From positions 5,869-69,868 of the forward strand of contig JAGBHI010000003.1 in the NCBI GenBank assembly GCA_017935575.1: DNA of 64,000 bases, given 5' to 3'. Of the stretch, positions 18,383-26,979 are shown in pieces; within the stretch, counting starts at the first letter, position 1, and each line of letters starts with the position of its first letter. The position numbers were made by a program, and so were the translations under genes. This stretch comes from Bacteroidales bacterium (lineage in GTDB: Bacteria > Bacteroidota > Bacteroidia > Bacteroidales > G3-4614). The notes under the pieces were generated by a model that saw only the letters and a program-made list of their open reading frames with translations, was not told the origin of the DNA and ran no database searches.

Positions 18383-18487
18383 TAGTTGTTAGTTATCAGC
18401 TAAAGCCACCCCATTGAGGTAGTTGTTAGTTGGCAAAGAAGTTTTGTGCCATTAAGAGTCATTAAGGTCATTTGAGTCATTAAGAAG
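18383..18487 (+). repeat. Intergenic element: A-box (TAGTTGT heptads flanking GCTAAAGC core) plus B-box (GTCATTAAG x3)
   Basis: TAGTTGTTAGTT occurs at 18383 and again at 18420, bracketing ATCAGCTAAAGCCACCCCATTGAGG. This is followed by CCATTAAGAGTCATTAAGGTCATTTGAGTCATTAAG at 18449-18487. Related copies lie at 20236-20318, 20381-20446 and 26951-26973. Confidence 0.8.
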
Positions 18488-18562
18488 ATTAGGATTATTG
18501 AACTTTAAAAAACACAAGATCGTCTTGATAAAAACCTTGTGGCTTTTCTAACAAGTAAAAAC

Positions 18563-19303
18563 TTACTTTCTGAACTCTGCACAAGTTATGGCGGTAGCTA
18601 CTGCAACGTTTAGGGATTCTACTTTTTCTCTGCCCATTGGGTATGGTGGAAGTAGAATTTTTTTTGTTACCAACTGTTCTATCTCTTTTGAGATTCCGTT
18701 GCCTTCGTTACCCATTACGATAACTGCATCGTTGGTTAGACCGGTATCATAGATATTCTCTCCATCAAGGAATGTACCATATATAGGTTTGTTGATATCT
18801 GCCAAAGTTTCAGCAAGATTAACATAAACGACCTTTACTCTTGCCAATGCTCCCATGGTTGCCTGTATTGTTTTGGGATTGTAGATATCGGCACAACCTT
18901 CGGAGCAGAGTATTGTCTCTATTCCATACCAATCGGCTATACGGACTATTGTTCCTAAATTTCCGGGGTCTTGAACACAATCTAAGGCTAATACCAATTT
19001 CCCTTTCAACTCTTCGGGTTCAATGACGTTTTGTGGCATCTCATAAACGGCTATAACATTTTGCGGCGATTGCATCAATGATGCTTTTACTATCTCATCG
19101 CGAGTTGCCTCTACTACCTCTTTACATTGCGATGTATTATGAGTATTTAGCCATTCGGGGGTTGCTACCAATAATCGGCACTTAAACAATGTCAGAGTAT
19201 CACTAACCAATTTATCGCCTTCGGCAATAAATAGTTTTTGCTCATATCGCTCCTTCTTTTGTGAAAGGGAACGTATAAACTTTATTTTTGCTTTACTCAA
19301 CAT
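18563..19303 (-). CDS. TrmH/SpoU family RNA 2'-O-methyltransferase
   Basis: 246 aa. N-terminal substrate-binding domain plus SpoU motifs (DPGNLGTIVRIADWYG, VIVMGNEGNGIS, LNVAVATAI). Confidence 0.85.
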   Translation of the reverse strand: MLSKAKIKFIRSLSQKKERYEQKLFIAEGDKLVSDTLTLFKCRLLVATPEWLNTHNTSQCKEVVEATRDEIVKASLMQSPQNVIAVYEMPQNVIEPEELKGKLVLALDCVQDPGNLGTIVRIADWYGIETILCSEGCADIYNPKTIQATMGALARVKVVYVNLAETLADINKPIYGTFLDGENIYDTGLTNDAVIVMGNEGNGISKEIEQLVTKKILLPPYPMGREKVESLNVAVATAITCAEFRK

Positions 19304-19322
19304 CGTTTTTTATTTGTTTTTG

Positions 19323-19330
19323 CGAAGATA
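19323..19330 (-). promoter_or_regulatory. Putative -7 box variant TATCTTCG
   Basis: The plus strand reads TGCGAAGATA at 19321-19330, 20 nt upstream of ATG 19303. Confidence 0.35.
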
Positions 19331-19345
19331 ATACTTTTTTGTTTA

Positions 19346-19353
19346 TAATTTTG
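19346..19353 (+). promoter_or_regulatory. Putative -7 promoter box (TAATTTTG)
   Basis: Exact TAnnTTTG, 28 nt upstream of ATG 19381. Confidence 0.4.
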
Positions 19354-19380
19354 TATATGAACATATTTAATATATAACCA

Positions 19381-20220
19381 ATGATTGTTATTGCTGATAG
19401 TGGCTCAACCAAAACAGAGTGGTGTTTGGTAGATAATGATATAATCATAAATAGGATTACATCAAAAGGTATTAATCCCTACTTTGAAAGTAAGGAAGAA
19501 ATATCTACTGAAATTAAATCTGTTTTATCAAAGATTGGAATTTCTAATAATTTATCTGCTTTATATTTTTATGGTGCAGGTTGTACTCCTGAAAAAAAAG
19601 ATATTGTAAAAGATTCCATTTCAGATATTGTTGGCAGTAACACTTTTATTGAGGTAAATTCCGATTTATTGGGTGCTGCCCGTGCCTTGTTCGGAAGAGA
19701 GAGAGGTATTGCTTGTATCCTTGGTACAGGTTCAAACTCTTGTTCTTACAATGGAGAGTTTATAGAGAAAAACATATCTCCTTTAGGGTTTATTCTTGGC
19801 GATGAGGGTAGCGGTGCTGTTATAGGCAGATTATTTATTGGTGCTCTCTTAAAAAATCAGTTTGGGGAAGAGCTAAAATCAAAATTCTTATCAGAGACTA
19901 ACCTTACTCAAGAGGAGATTATTGATAGGGTTTATCGTAAACCTTTTCCTAATAGATTTTTGGCATCTCTATCGCCTTTTATTTTAAGAAACATTTCAAA
20001 TGAAAAAGTATATTCTCTTATCCTGAATTGTTTTAAAGATTTCTTCACTCGCAATATTATGCAATATGACTACTTAAATAACAATGTTGCATTTATTGGT
20101 TCTGTTGCCTACTACTACAAAAATATATTAAGCGAAGTTGCCCAAACTCTTAATATAACAATTTCAAAAATTGAAGTTTCTCCTATTGATGGGTTGATAA
20201 AATATCACTCTTATTTTTAG
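19381..20220 (+). CDS. BadF/BadG/BcrA/BcrD-type ATPase (N-acetylglucosamine kinase-like)
   Basis: 279 aa. ASKHA-fold phosphate-1 motif at the N-terminus (IADSGSTKTEWCLV), with GTGSNS and LGDEGSGA motifs. Confidence 0.75.
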   Translation: MIVIADSGSTKTEWCLVDNDIIINRITSKGINPYFESKEEISTEIKSVLSKIGISNNLSALYFYGAGCTPEKKDIVKDSISDIVGSNTFIEVNSDLLGAARALFGRERGIACILGTGSNSCSYNGEFIEKNISPLGFILGDEGSGAVIGRLFIGALLKNQFGEELKSKFLSETNLTQEEIIDRVYRKPFPNRFLASLSPFILRNISNEKVYSLILNCFKDFFTRNIMQYDYLNNNVAFIGSVAYYYKNILSEVAQTLNITISKIEVSPIDGLIKYHSYF

Positions 20221-20235
20221 TCGTTAGTATTAATT

Positions 20236-20318
20236 GGGTCTTTAGGTCCATTAAAGTCATTTAAAAGTTTTTAGTTGTCGGCTAAAGCTGCCCTGCGGAT
20301 AGTTTTTAGTTATTAGTT
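20236..20318 (+). repeat. Intergenic element: B-box then A-box (second copy)
   Basis: GGGTCTTTAGGTCCATTAAAGTCATTTAAAAG is the B-box. It is followed by TTTTTAGTTGTCGGCTAAAGCTGCCCTGCGGA and then TAGTTTT-TAGTTAT-TAGTTTT heptads. Confidence 0.8.
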
Positions 20319-20330
20319 TTATTGAATAAT

Positions 20331-20365
20331 AAAAGAGGAGAAAAACTTAACTTTTCTCCTCTTTT
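20331..20365. terminator. Bidirectional terminator hairpin between convergent genes
   Basis: 14-bp perfect stem AAAAGAGGAGAAAA / TTTTCTCCTCTTTT with a 7-nt loop. Confidence 0.85.
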
Positions 20366-20380
20366 GAAAGATTATTTAGT

Positions 20381-20446
20381 GCTATTAGTCTAACAACTAC
20401 CCCGAAGGGCAACGAAGTTGACAACTAAAAACTAAAAACTAAAAAC
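20381..20446 (-). repeat. Intergenic A-box in inverted orientation plus (TTTTTAG)x3 heptad run abutting the sialidase stop codon
   Basis: The minus strand reads TAA-G-TTTTTAG-TTTTTAG-TTTTTAG-TTGTCAACTTCGTTGCCCTTCGGGGTAGTTGTTAGACTAATAG. It shares TTTTTAGTTGTC, GCCCT and TAGTTGTTAG with the copy at 20267-20318. Confidence 0.8.
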
Positions 20447-23400
20447 TTATTTAACAACAACTTTAGTTACTTGATCTCCACTTACTACGAAATAGATACC
20501 TTGTGGCATAGCGACTTCAGCATTGCCGTTTGCAACTACCTCTTTAACAACTTGTCCGCTGATGTTTACAACCTTAACATCTCCCTCGTAACCTTTTACA
20601 TAGATTGTGCCATCTGCTGAATATACTGTTGCTGCGTCTGCATCTGCATCTTCAATTCCTTCTAACACTGAGAATGTTGCTACTACATGCATATCTCCAT
20701 CAACAATATAGTATGCACTACCATATTCTGCATACTCGCCCATGAAGTCAAATCCATTGATTGTTAATGCTAACAACTCTGCTCCGTCTGCCGGTATTGG
20801 GAACACATAGAAGTCTCCGTTTAAAGGAAGTGATGCTCCATTTTCATAAAGAGTTCCTGTTTGCTCTCCTGACCAGCACTCAATAGATCCTGAACCTATA
20901 ATTTCAGTAGTTAGGGTTGCTGTAATCTCTGCAAATGTTACTTCAATTGTTGTCTCTGCAGATATTGCAAAGTTATATGTAAATGCTGATGTTGCTGCTT
21001 CGTCAATTACATCTTCTCCATTGATAACAAGTGCACTTAATTTGTATCCTTCAGATGGAGTAGCAGATATTGTTACATTTGCTCCTTCTTCTACTCTTGA
21101 ACCTGATACTACACCACCCTCATCAGTTGACATTATAACTGTTCCATTCTCTGTTGCATTTACAGTTACAATATATTTGCTTATGAAGTTAGCTTGGATA
21201 GTTGCATCTTCTGCGCCCATATATGTGTATGTTGTTTCTGTTCCAACCTCTTCGCCATTGATTGTCCAATTTACAAAGAAATCGTTTGCACTTTGTGCAA
21301 TAGCCTCAACAACTACCATCTCTCCTGTTGTTACATCTGTTGCTGTTCCTTCAGGTAGAGGAGATACAAATACTGCATATCCTTTAGTTTTGTCGTTTGA
21401 TGCTACTTTCACTGTACGTGCTTCAATAGCTGCCATCTTGAAGTTAGCAACATAATCACGGTTTTCAGTGATAGCTGCTGTTGTATAAACAGCATCTGTT
21501 GAAACTATCTCTCCGTTAAGAGTCCAATTTACGAACTCGTAATACTCGTTTGCAACAGCAGTAAGTTCAATAGTTTGTGTGCCGTCAGCATCAACTCTTG
21601 TTAAAGTTGTTCCTTCTGTTCCTATATAGGCAGAACCCATCTCTTCGTTAGAAGATGCTACTGTTACTGTATATTGATCACCTACCACACGAATTGTCAT
21701 ATCTAATAATATACCTCCGTTAGGTTTAATATCAGAATATCCGCAAGGACTTGCTGTGTTCCATGCTACTGATATACGTAAACGGTAATCTCCTTTTTCA
21801 AGTTCTGCAGGTAATTTGAATGCGGGAAGACCCTTACTTGTTCCAAAGTCATTTGTATATGTATTTGTACAAGCATATTGTTGATTTGCTGAACTTCCGT
21901 TAATTGTTGTTCCATTCAAATAGTTGTATGTTACAAGCTCACCTCCTGTTGTTCCATCATTATTTGCATTGGTATTGAAAGTGTAATCACCGTCATAGTC
22001 AATGTATGCGTATGCGTGCATCCACTCTCCTGTCCAACCAAATTCGGGGAATGTAATTACTGTTCCTGGTTTAGCCTCAAGGATTGATTCTGTTGAACGG
22101 TTTACATAAACTGCTCCTGCATTTGAGGTTCCTTGAACGTCAAGAACATCTGTTCCGTTTGAAATTTGTAATGATGCCAAGTGACGACCACTGCTAATGT
22201 TTCCGTCAACTGTACAATAATTAGTCTCAACTACCAACTCATTGAAGTTTGCAACAAACTCAACAGCTCCTGTAATGGGTGCTCTGAATGTTGTCTCTGT
22301 TGATACTACCTGTCCATTTGTATAAGTCCAATTTACAAACTCATAACCTGTATTCACGGTTGTTGAGATTGTTGCATTTGCATTCTCTACAACCTCTGCA
22401 GAACCCTCATTACCATTAACTGTTACTGTTCCTCCAGCTGCAGGTGATGCTGATACTGTTACTGTATATGTTGTTGGGGCAGGTCCTGAAGGAATACCTG
22501 TTACATAGAACTCTGAACAGTTGGCAAATTTTGTACCACTCAAATCAACATTGTGAGAATCTAATGCCAATAGATATACATATTGTCCTACTACTGATTC
22601 GGGCAATGTTACGTTATGCTCGTTTGATATACCGTCGTATGTAAACTCACCTTCAATTGCTGGTGTTAAACCTACAGGCTCGTAAGTTGTAGGATCAATG
22701 TTAGCAGAGATATCTTCGTTGCTTATATACAATTTATAAGCGCTGATTTGTCCGTTATTTTGGTTTGTTGAAGCTGAACGAGATACATAGTTGAATGCTG
22801 TTACCTCAAGAGATTCTCCCATATTGAATTGAATCCAGTGAGGAACTGTTGGTTTTGAAGCGTCCCATTGTGAGTGCCAGAATGTATCTGCATTGTCATC
22901 TATTGCATGGCTTGCTTCTCCACCGCCACCCCATTGTGCCTCTGCAGGCTCTTGAGATGATGCTGTTACTGTCCAACCTGAACGGTCAAGGACAATAGGT
23001 GTTCCACTTGAAACAGGTTTGATTTGGAATGCTGATGAGAAGTTTGAATTATAGAAGTCACCTGATGCACCATCAAATGTACCTGCTGATGATTTAACAA
23101 TGATAGGACCTTCCATATCAACTAATTTACCATTGTCATATCCACGATAACCCCATAGACGAACAAATCCGAACAAATCTTCTGCAGTTGCAGATACATT
23201 AGCATCTATTGATACTTTCTCAATACTGAATTGTGTTACACGACCTGCTGACGATTCAAGACCTGTTGCACTCTCATTATCCAACCATGATTTTCCTCCG
23301 ATAGTAGGATATGCCATGTAATATGCTCCGTCAAATGTTTTGAACATATATTTACCAGCTGTCTCGTCGTACTCACAAACGAATTTTGCTTCATCTGGTA

Positions 23401-24904
23401 ACTCTGCTCCTTCGGTATATGATGCCAATGTTAATGTACCATTATCATTATACATATAGAAATCAGCATTCATTCCTTTTGATATGAATGTGTAAGTTTT
23501 TCCTGCCTGAGGAAGTTCTATATCGCTTGTTGTATAGAATGTTGTAATCGCATTTGTCAATGCTGTTACATTTTCAGCTGAAGCATCACTTTCAACAGCC
23601 TCTTTTGCTGCTCTTAATGTTGCTTTTGCTATTGTTGAAGGATAACCTATTCCGTTTAATGCCAACAAAGAATCTGCTGTATCAACCATTGCAAGTGCAT
23701 CAAAATCGGTTGTCTCCATCAACCAATCCAATGTAAAGTTGTAGTATGCAAGATTAAATCCGTCATCTCCAGCAAGTGCAGAGTCCCATTTACCCTCTTC
23801 AACGATGATACCGATTGTTCCGTCATTCAATACCTCTAATGTTGAGTATGCTGAGTATCCGCTATATACTTGACGTTTTACTGGCCATGTTTCGCCACCG
23901 TCCATACTCAAATAAACTGTTACGTTCTCGCGAGTTGATGTGCTTGCAGGCATAGAGTGAAGTAGATAATAATCGCCATCTGCTGTTTCGTATGATACAA
24001 CATCTCCGTTACATGCAGGATCCATTAAATTGCTGTTTACAGTTGCAGTTGTCCAAGTTGCTCCTTGGTCTGTTGATTTTGCCATCAAACGGTAACCAGA
24101 ACCATTTGCTGAGTCATCTTTGCGGTTTTTGATACTCATCAACAAATCTCCATTCTCCAGCTCTACTACTTTTGCCTCATCTCCTGATGAACATGCTGCA
24201 TTTGAGACTTGCCATGTTGCTCCGTTATCGTCAGAATAAACTGCATAGTTGCTCATTGTTCCTCCCCAAGTTGAGTTGTTACGAGCTGCTACAACAAACA
24301 TCAAACGTCCTGCTTTGTCTCCTTTTTTAAGTTGCAAGGCACTTCCTGATCCTGCGAACATTCCAATCCATGAAGAGCTTGTTCCATAGATTGCGTTATA
24401 GATAGATGATGAAATATCAACAGGTGCTGTCCATGATGCTCCGTTATCAGAACTCTCTGATTTGTAGAGTCGCAAAGGATAAGAAGAATTTGATGCCCAA
24501 AGACCTACACAATTTGACCCGTAGTTTTCGTTACCTACGAAAATTGTGATAATCTTTCCTGTCTCCTCATCATAAACTGCAGCTGCATCGCCATAAGTAG
24601 TTCCTGCGCTTGAGTTACCTTGTGCAATTGTAACCATGTTGTTCCAAGTTGCACCCTTATCGGTACTTGTTTTAGCAACAATGCTAATAATGTTTGGCAA
24701 GTCGCCTAATGCACTACCACGTTGGTCAGCTATTGCCACCAATGTTCCATTAGCAGTCTCTACCATCGCCGGAATGCGATAATATTGAGAACCGCTCTCA
24801 CCCATTGTAAAAACGGGTACTCTTGTCAGCTCATCTTGAGCAAATGATGTTGTAGTTAATATTGACACCAACAACATCACAAAAAAAGATAAAACTTTTC
24901 TCAT
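20447..24904 (-). CDS. Multidomain exo-alpha-sialidase (GH33) with F5/8 type C, InlB-B-repeat-like, GEVED-like and T9SS C-terminal sorting domains
   Basis: 1485 aa with a signal peptide. RIP motif (YYRIPAM) and five Asp-boxes (STDKGATW, SSDNGASW, SDDNGATW, STDQGATW, SMDGGETW) lie in aa 25-395. Discoidin-like domain at aa ~638-803. Repeated YxVTV...GYxFVNW modules. GEVED-like module at aa 895-1073. Por_Secre_tail-like end (VKVVNISGQVVKEVV...GIYFVVSGDQVTKVVVK). Confidence 0.9.
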   Translation of the reverse strand: MRKVLSFFVMLLVSILTTTSFAQDELTRVPVFTMGESGSQYYRIPAMVETANGTLVAIADQRGSALGDLPNIISIVAKTSTDKGATWNNMVTIAQGNSSAGTTYGDAAAVYDEETGKIITIFVGNENYGSNCVGLWASNSSYPLRLYKSESSDNGASWTAPVDISSSIYNAIYGTSSSWIGMFAGSGSALQLKKGDKAGRLMFVVAARNNSTWGGTMSNYAVYSDDNGATWQVSNAACSSGDEAKVVELENGDLLMSIKNRKDDSANGSGYRLMAKSTDQGATWTTATVNSNLMDPACNGDVVSYETADGDYYLLHSMPASTSTRENVTVYLSMDGGETWPVKRQVYSGYSAYSTLEVLNDGTIGIIVEEGKWDSALAGDDGFNLAYYNFTLDWLMETTDFDALAMVDTADSLLALNGIGYPSTIAKATLRAAKEAVESDASAENVTALTNAITTFYTTSDIELPQAGKTYTFISKGMNADFYMYNDNGTLTLASYTEGAELPDEAKFVCEYDETAGKYMFKTFDGAYYMAYPTIGGKSWLDNESATGLESSAGRVTQFSIEKVSIDANVSATAEDLFGFVRLWGYRGYDNGKLVDMEGPIIVKSSAGTFDGASGDFYNSNFSSAFQIKPVSSGTPIVLDRSGWTVTASSQEPAEAQWGGGGEASHAIDDNADTFWHSQWDASKPTVPHWIQFNMGESLEVTAFNYVSRSASTNQNNGQISAYKLYISNEDISANIDPTTYEPVGLTPAIEGEFTYDGISNEHNVTLPESVVGQYVYLLALDSHNVDLSGTKFANCSEFYVTGIPSGPAPTTYTVTVSASPAAGGTVTVNGNEGSAEVVENANATISTTVNTGYEFVNWTYTNGQVVSTETTFRAPITGAVEFVANFNELVVETNYCTVDGNISSGRHLASLQISNGTDVLDVQGTSNAGAVYVNRSTESILEAKPGTVITFPEFGWTGEWMHAYAYIDYDGDYTFNTNANNDGTTGGELVTYNYLNGTTINGSSANQQYACTNTYTNDFGTSKGLPAFKLPAELEKGDYRLRISVAWNTASPCGYSDIKPNGGILLDMTIRVVGDQYTVTVASSNEEMGSAYIGTEGTTLTRVDADGTQTIELTAVANEYYEFVNWTLNGEIVSTDAVYTTAAITENRDYVANFKMAAIEARTVKVASNDKTKGYAVFVSPLPEGTATDVTTGEMVVVEAIAQSANDFFVNWTINGEEVGTETTYTYMGAEDATIQANFISKYIVTVNATENGTVIMSTDEGGVVSGSRVEEGANVTISATPSEGYKLSALVINGEDVIDEAATSAFTYNFAISAETTIEVTFAEITATLTTEIIGSGSIECWSGEQTGTLYENGASLPLNGDFYVFPIPADGAELLALTINGFDFMGEYAEYGSAYYIVDGDMHVVATFSVLEGIEDADADAATVYSADGTIYVKGYEGDVKVVNISGQVVKEVVANGNAEVAMPQGIYFVVSGDQVTKVVVK

Positions 24905-24938
24905 AAATAATAATTTTTTGGTAAATTGTCTATTTTCG

Positions 24939-24946
24939 CAAATATA
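24939..24946 (-). promoter_or_regulatory. Putative -7 promoter box (TATATTTG on minus strand) for the sialidase gene
   Basis: The plus strand reads CAAATATA, 35 nt upstream of ATG 24904. Confidence 0.4.
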
Positions 24947-25064
24947 AGATATTTTTTTTACTTATAACTCAAATAATACAAACTATTTATCAACATAAAA
25001 ACGCGATATTTTTCATATAGTTCTATCTTGCAAGAAAAGTAGTGATTGTATGGGATTTTTAAAG

Positions 25065-25072
25065 TATCTTTG
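25065..25072 (+). promoter_or_regulatory. Putative -7 promoter box (TATCTTTG)
   Basis: Exact TAnnTTTG, 40 nt upstream of ATG 25112. Confidence 0.4.
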
Positions 25073-25111
25073 TATTTATTTTTAAGTATATTATTTTCAT
25101 ATTAAATATTG

Positions 25112-26953
25112 ATGAAAAGTTTTGAAGAATTAGGTGTTTCGGACGAAATACTTTTGGCTATAAGTGAATTGGGTTTTGAATACCCCATGCCGGTTCAAGA
25201 GGCTGTTATTCCATATCTTTTAGGTAACGGTAATGATGTTGTTGCTCTCGCTCAAACAGGTACAGGAAAGACTGCAGCATTTGGTATTCCTCTAATTCAA
25301 CGAATTGATATTAAACATCGTTATCCTCAAGCTCTTATCCTTGCTCCTACCCGCGAACTATGCTTGCAAATTGCCGATGACATAAAGAGCTATTCAAAGT
25401 ATGTTGATGGACTTAAAGTTTTAGCCGTATATGGTGGCTCATCTATTGAGAGCCAAATGAAAAGTCTTAAAAGTGGCGTACATATTATTGTTGCAACTCC
25501 CGGGCGTCTGCTTGATTTAATGCAACGTAAAACCGTAAAAATGGAGAATATCCATAACGTAGTTTTAGATGAAGCTGACGAAATGCTAAACATGGGATTT
25601 GAGGAGAGCTTAAATGCTATTCTTGCAGAGGCTCCGAAAGATAGAAATATGATGATGTTTTCGGCAACAATGTCGCCTGAAATCAGCGAAATTTCAAAAA
25701 GCTACCTTAACAATGCAAAGGAGATTACCATTGGTGTTAAGAATGAAAGTACAAAGAGTGTGAAACATATCTACTATATGGTTCATGCAAAAGATAAATA
25801 TCTTGCCCTTAAACGTATTGCCGACTACTACCCTAAAATTTATGGTATAATATTCTGCCGAACAAGAAGAGAGACTCAAGAAATTGCCGACAACCTTATT
25901 AAAGACGGATATAATGCAGACTCTTTACATGGCGATTTATCGCAGGCACAACGCGACGCTGTCATGCAAAAGTTCAGAATGAGACATCTGCAACTTTTGG
26001 TTGCTACCGATGTTGCAGCAAGAGGTTTGGACGTTGACGATTTAACTCATGTTATCAACTATGGGTTGCCTGATGATATAGAGTCTTATACTCACCGTAG
26101 CGGACGTACTGGACGTGCAGGGAAAACAGGTACTTCTATTGCAATAATAAATATGCGCGAACGCGGTAAACTTCGTGAGATTGAAAAGGTTATTGCTAAA
26201 GAGTTTATTACCGGAACACTCCCAACAGGCAGACAAATTTGCGAAAAGCAGTTGATTAAGGTTATTGACGATGTTGAGAGAGTTTTGGTTAATGAGGAAG
26301 AGATTGAGGGATTTTTACCATCAATATACCGAAAACTTGAATGGTTAAGTAAAGAGGACCTTATTAAACGAGTTGTTTCTATTGAGTTTAATAGATTTTT
26401 AGACTACTATAGAGATGCTGACACCATAGAGGTTCCTACCGAGAAAGCGGCTAAAAAGGAGTGCAAAAAGACAAAAAACAGCGAAAGTGATTCGTCAAAG
26501 AGAGGAAGGAAAGCAGCTCCCGGTTTTACAAGATTATTTTTAAATTTTGGTAAGACCGATGGTTTTTATGCAAATCATGTAATTGAACTTATAAACCGCA
26601 ATATGAAAGGTTTTAAACCTTGCGTGGGTAAAATTGATTTATTGCGTGAGTTTTCGTTTTTTGAGGTTGCAGAAGAAGATGCCGACAGCGTAATAAAAGC
26701 CTTGAATAAAAGTTTTGCTAACGGAAGAAGGGTTATTGTTGAGGTGGCAGGTGAAAATACAGGCAAAAGCGACAACAGTGGTAAAAAAGATGGCAGAAAG
26801 AGCAAAAAGAACTTCAATAATAATGATGATTTTGAGCCCAAAAAGCATAAGAAGAAAGGCAAAAAAGATGATTGGCAACAATTTTTCAATGGCGATTATT
26901 CAATACCCGATGATAGTATGTGGGTAAAGAAAAGCAAGAAAAAGAGAAGGTAG
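25112..26953 (+). CDS. DEAD-box ATP-dependent RNA helicase (DeaD/CsdA-like with DbpA-type C-terminal RNA-binding domain and Lys-rich tail)
   Basis: Q-motif region, AQTGTGKT, PTRELC, DEAD (VLDEADEML), SAT (FSATM) and HRSGRTGRAG. The C-terminal FTRLFLNFGKTDG...VIVEVAG segment resembles a DbpA domain. Confidence 0.93.
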   Translation: MKSFEELGVSDEILLAISELGFEYPMPVQEAVIPYLLGNGNDVVALAQTGTGKTAAFGIPLIQRIDIKHRYPQALILAPTRELCLQIADDIKSYSKYVDGLKVLAVYGGSSIESQMKSLKSGVHIIVATPGRLLDLMQRKTVKMENIHNVVLDEADEMLNMGFEESLNAILAEAPKDRNMMMFSATMSPEISEISKSYLNNAKEITIGVKNESTKSVKHIYYMVHAKDKYLALKRIADYYPKIYGIIFCRTRRETQEIADNLIKDGYNADSLHGDLSQAQRDAVMQKFRMRHLQLLVATDVAARGLDVDDLTHVINYGLPDDIESYTHRSGRTGRAGKTGTSIAIINMRERGKLREIEKVIAKEFITGTLPTGRQICEKQLIKVIDDVERVLVNEEEIEGFLPSIYRKLEWLSKEDLIKRVVSIEFNRFLDYYRDADTIEVPTEKAAKKECKKTKNSESDSSKRGRKAAPGFTRLFLNFGKTDGFYANHVIELINRNMKGFKPCVGKIDLLREFSFFEVAEEDADSVIKALNKSFANGRRVIVEVAGENTGKSDNSGKKDGRKSKKNFNNNDDFEPKKHKKKGKKDDWQQFFNGDYSIPDDSMWVKKSKKKRR

Positions 26954-26973
26954 TTTCAGTTATTAGTTGTTAG
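26951..26973 (+). repeat. Short TAG-heptad element overlapping the helicase stop codon
   Basis: TAGTTTCAGTTATTAGTTGTTAG has TAG at offsets 0, 13 and 20, so all three frames are covered. It shares TTATTAGTT/TAGTTGTTAG with the elements at 18383 and 20300. Confidence 0.6.
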
Positions 26974-26979
26974 AAAATT

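Noticed and set aside
20425-20445. (CTAAAAA)x3 as a phase-variable microsatellite
   Set aside because: It lies outside the coding sequence, immediately 3' of the stop, so length changes would not shift a reading frame. It is better explained as part of the TAG-heptad element family.
21021-21455. 144-aa plus-strand ORF inside the sialidase gene, and similar antisense ORFs at 2417-2863, 11023-11367, 35590-36078, 57590-57946, 58022-58396 and 60610-60936
   Set aside because: All lie fully within much longer, motif-supported genes on the opposite strand. They have low-complexity or hydrophobic shadow-frame composition and no promoter box or recognisable motif. I treat them as antisense shadow ORFs.
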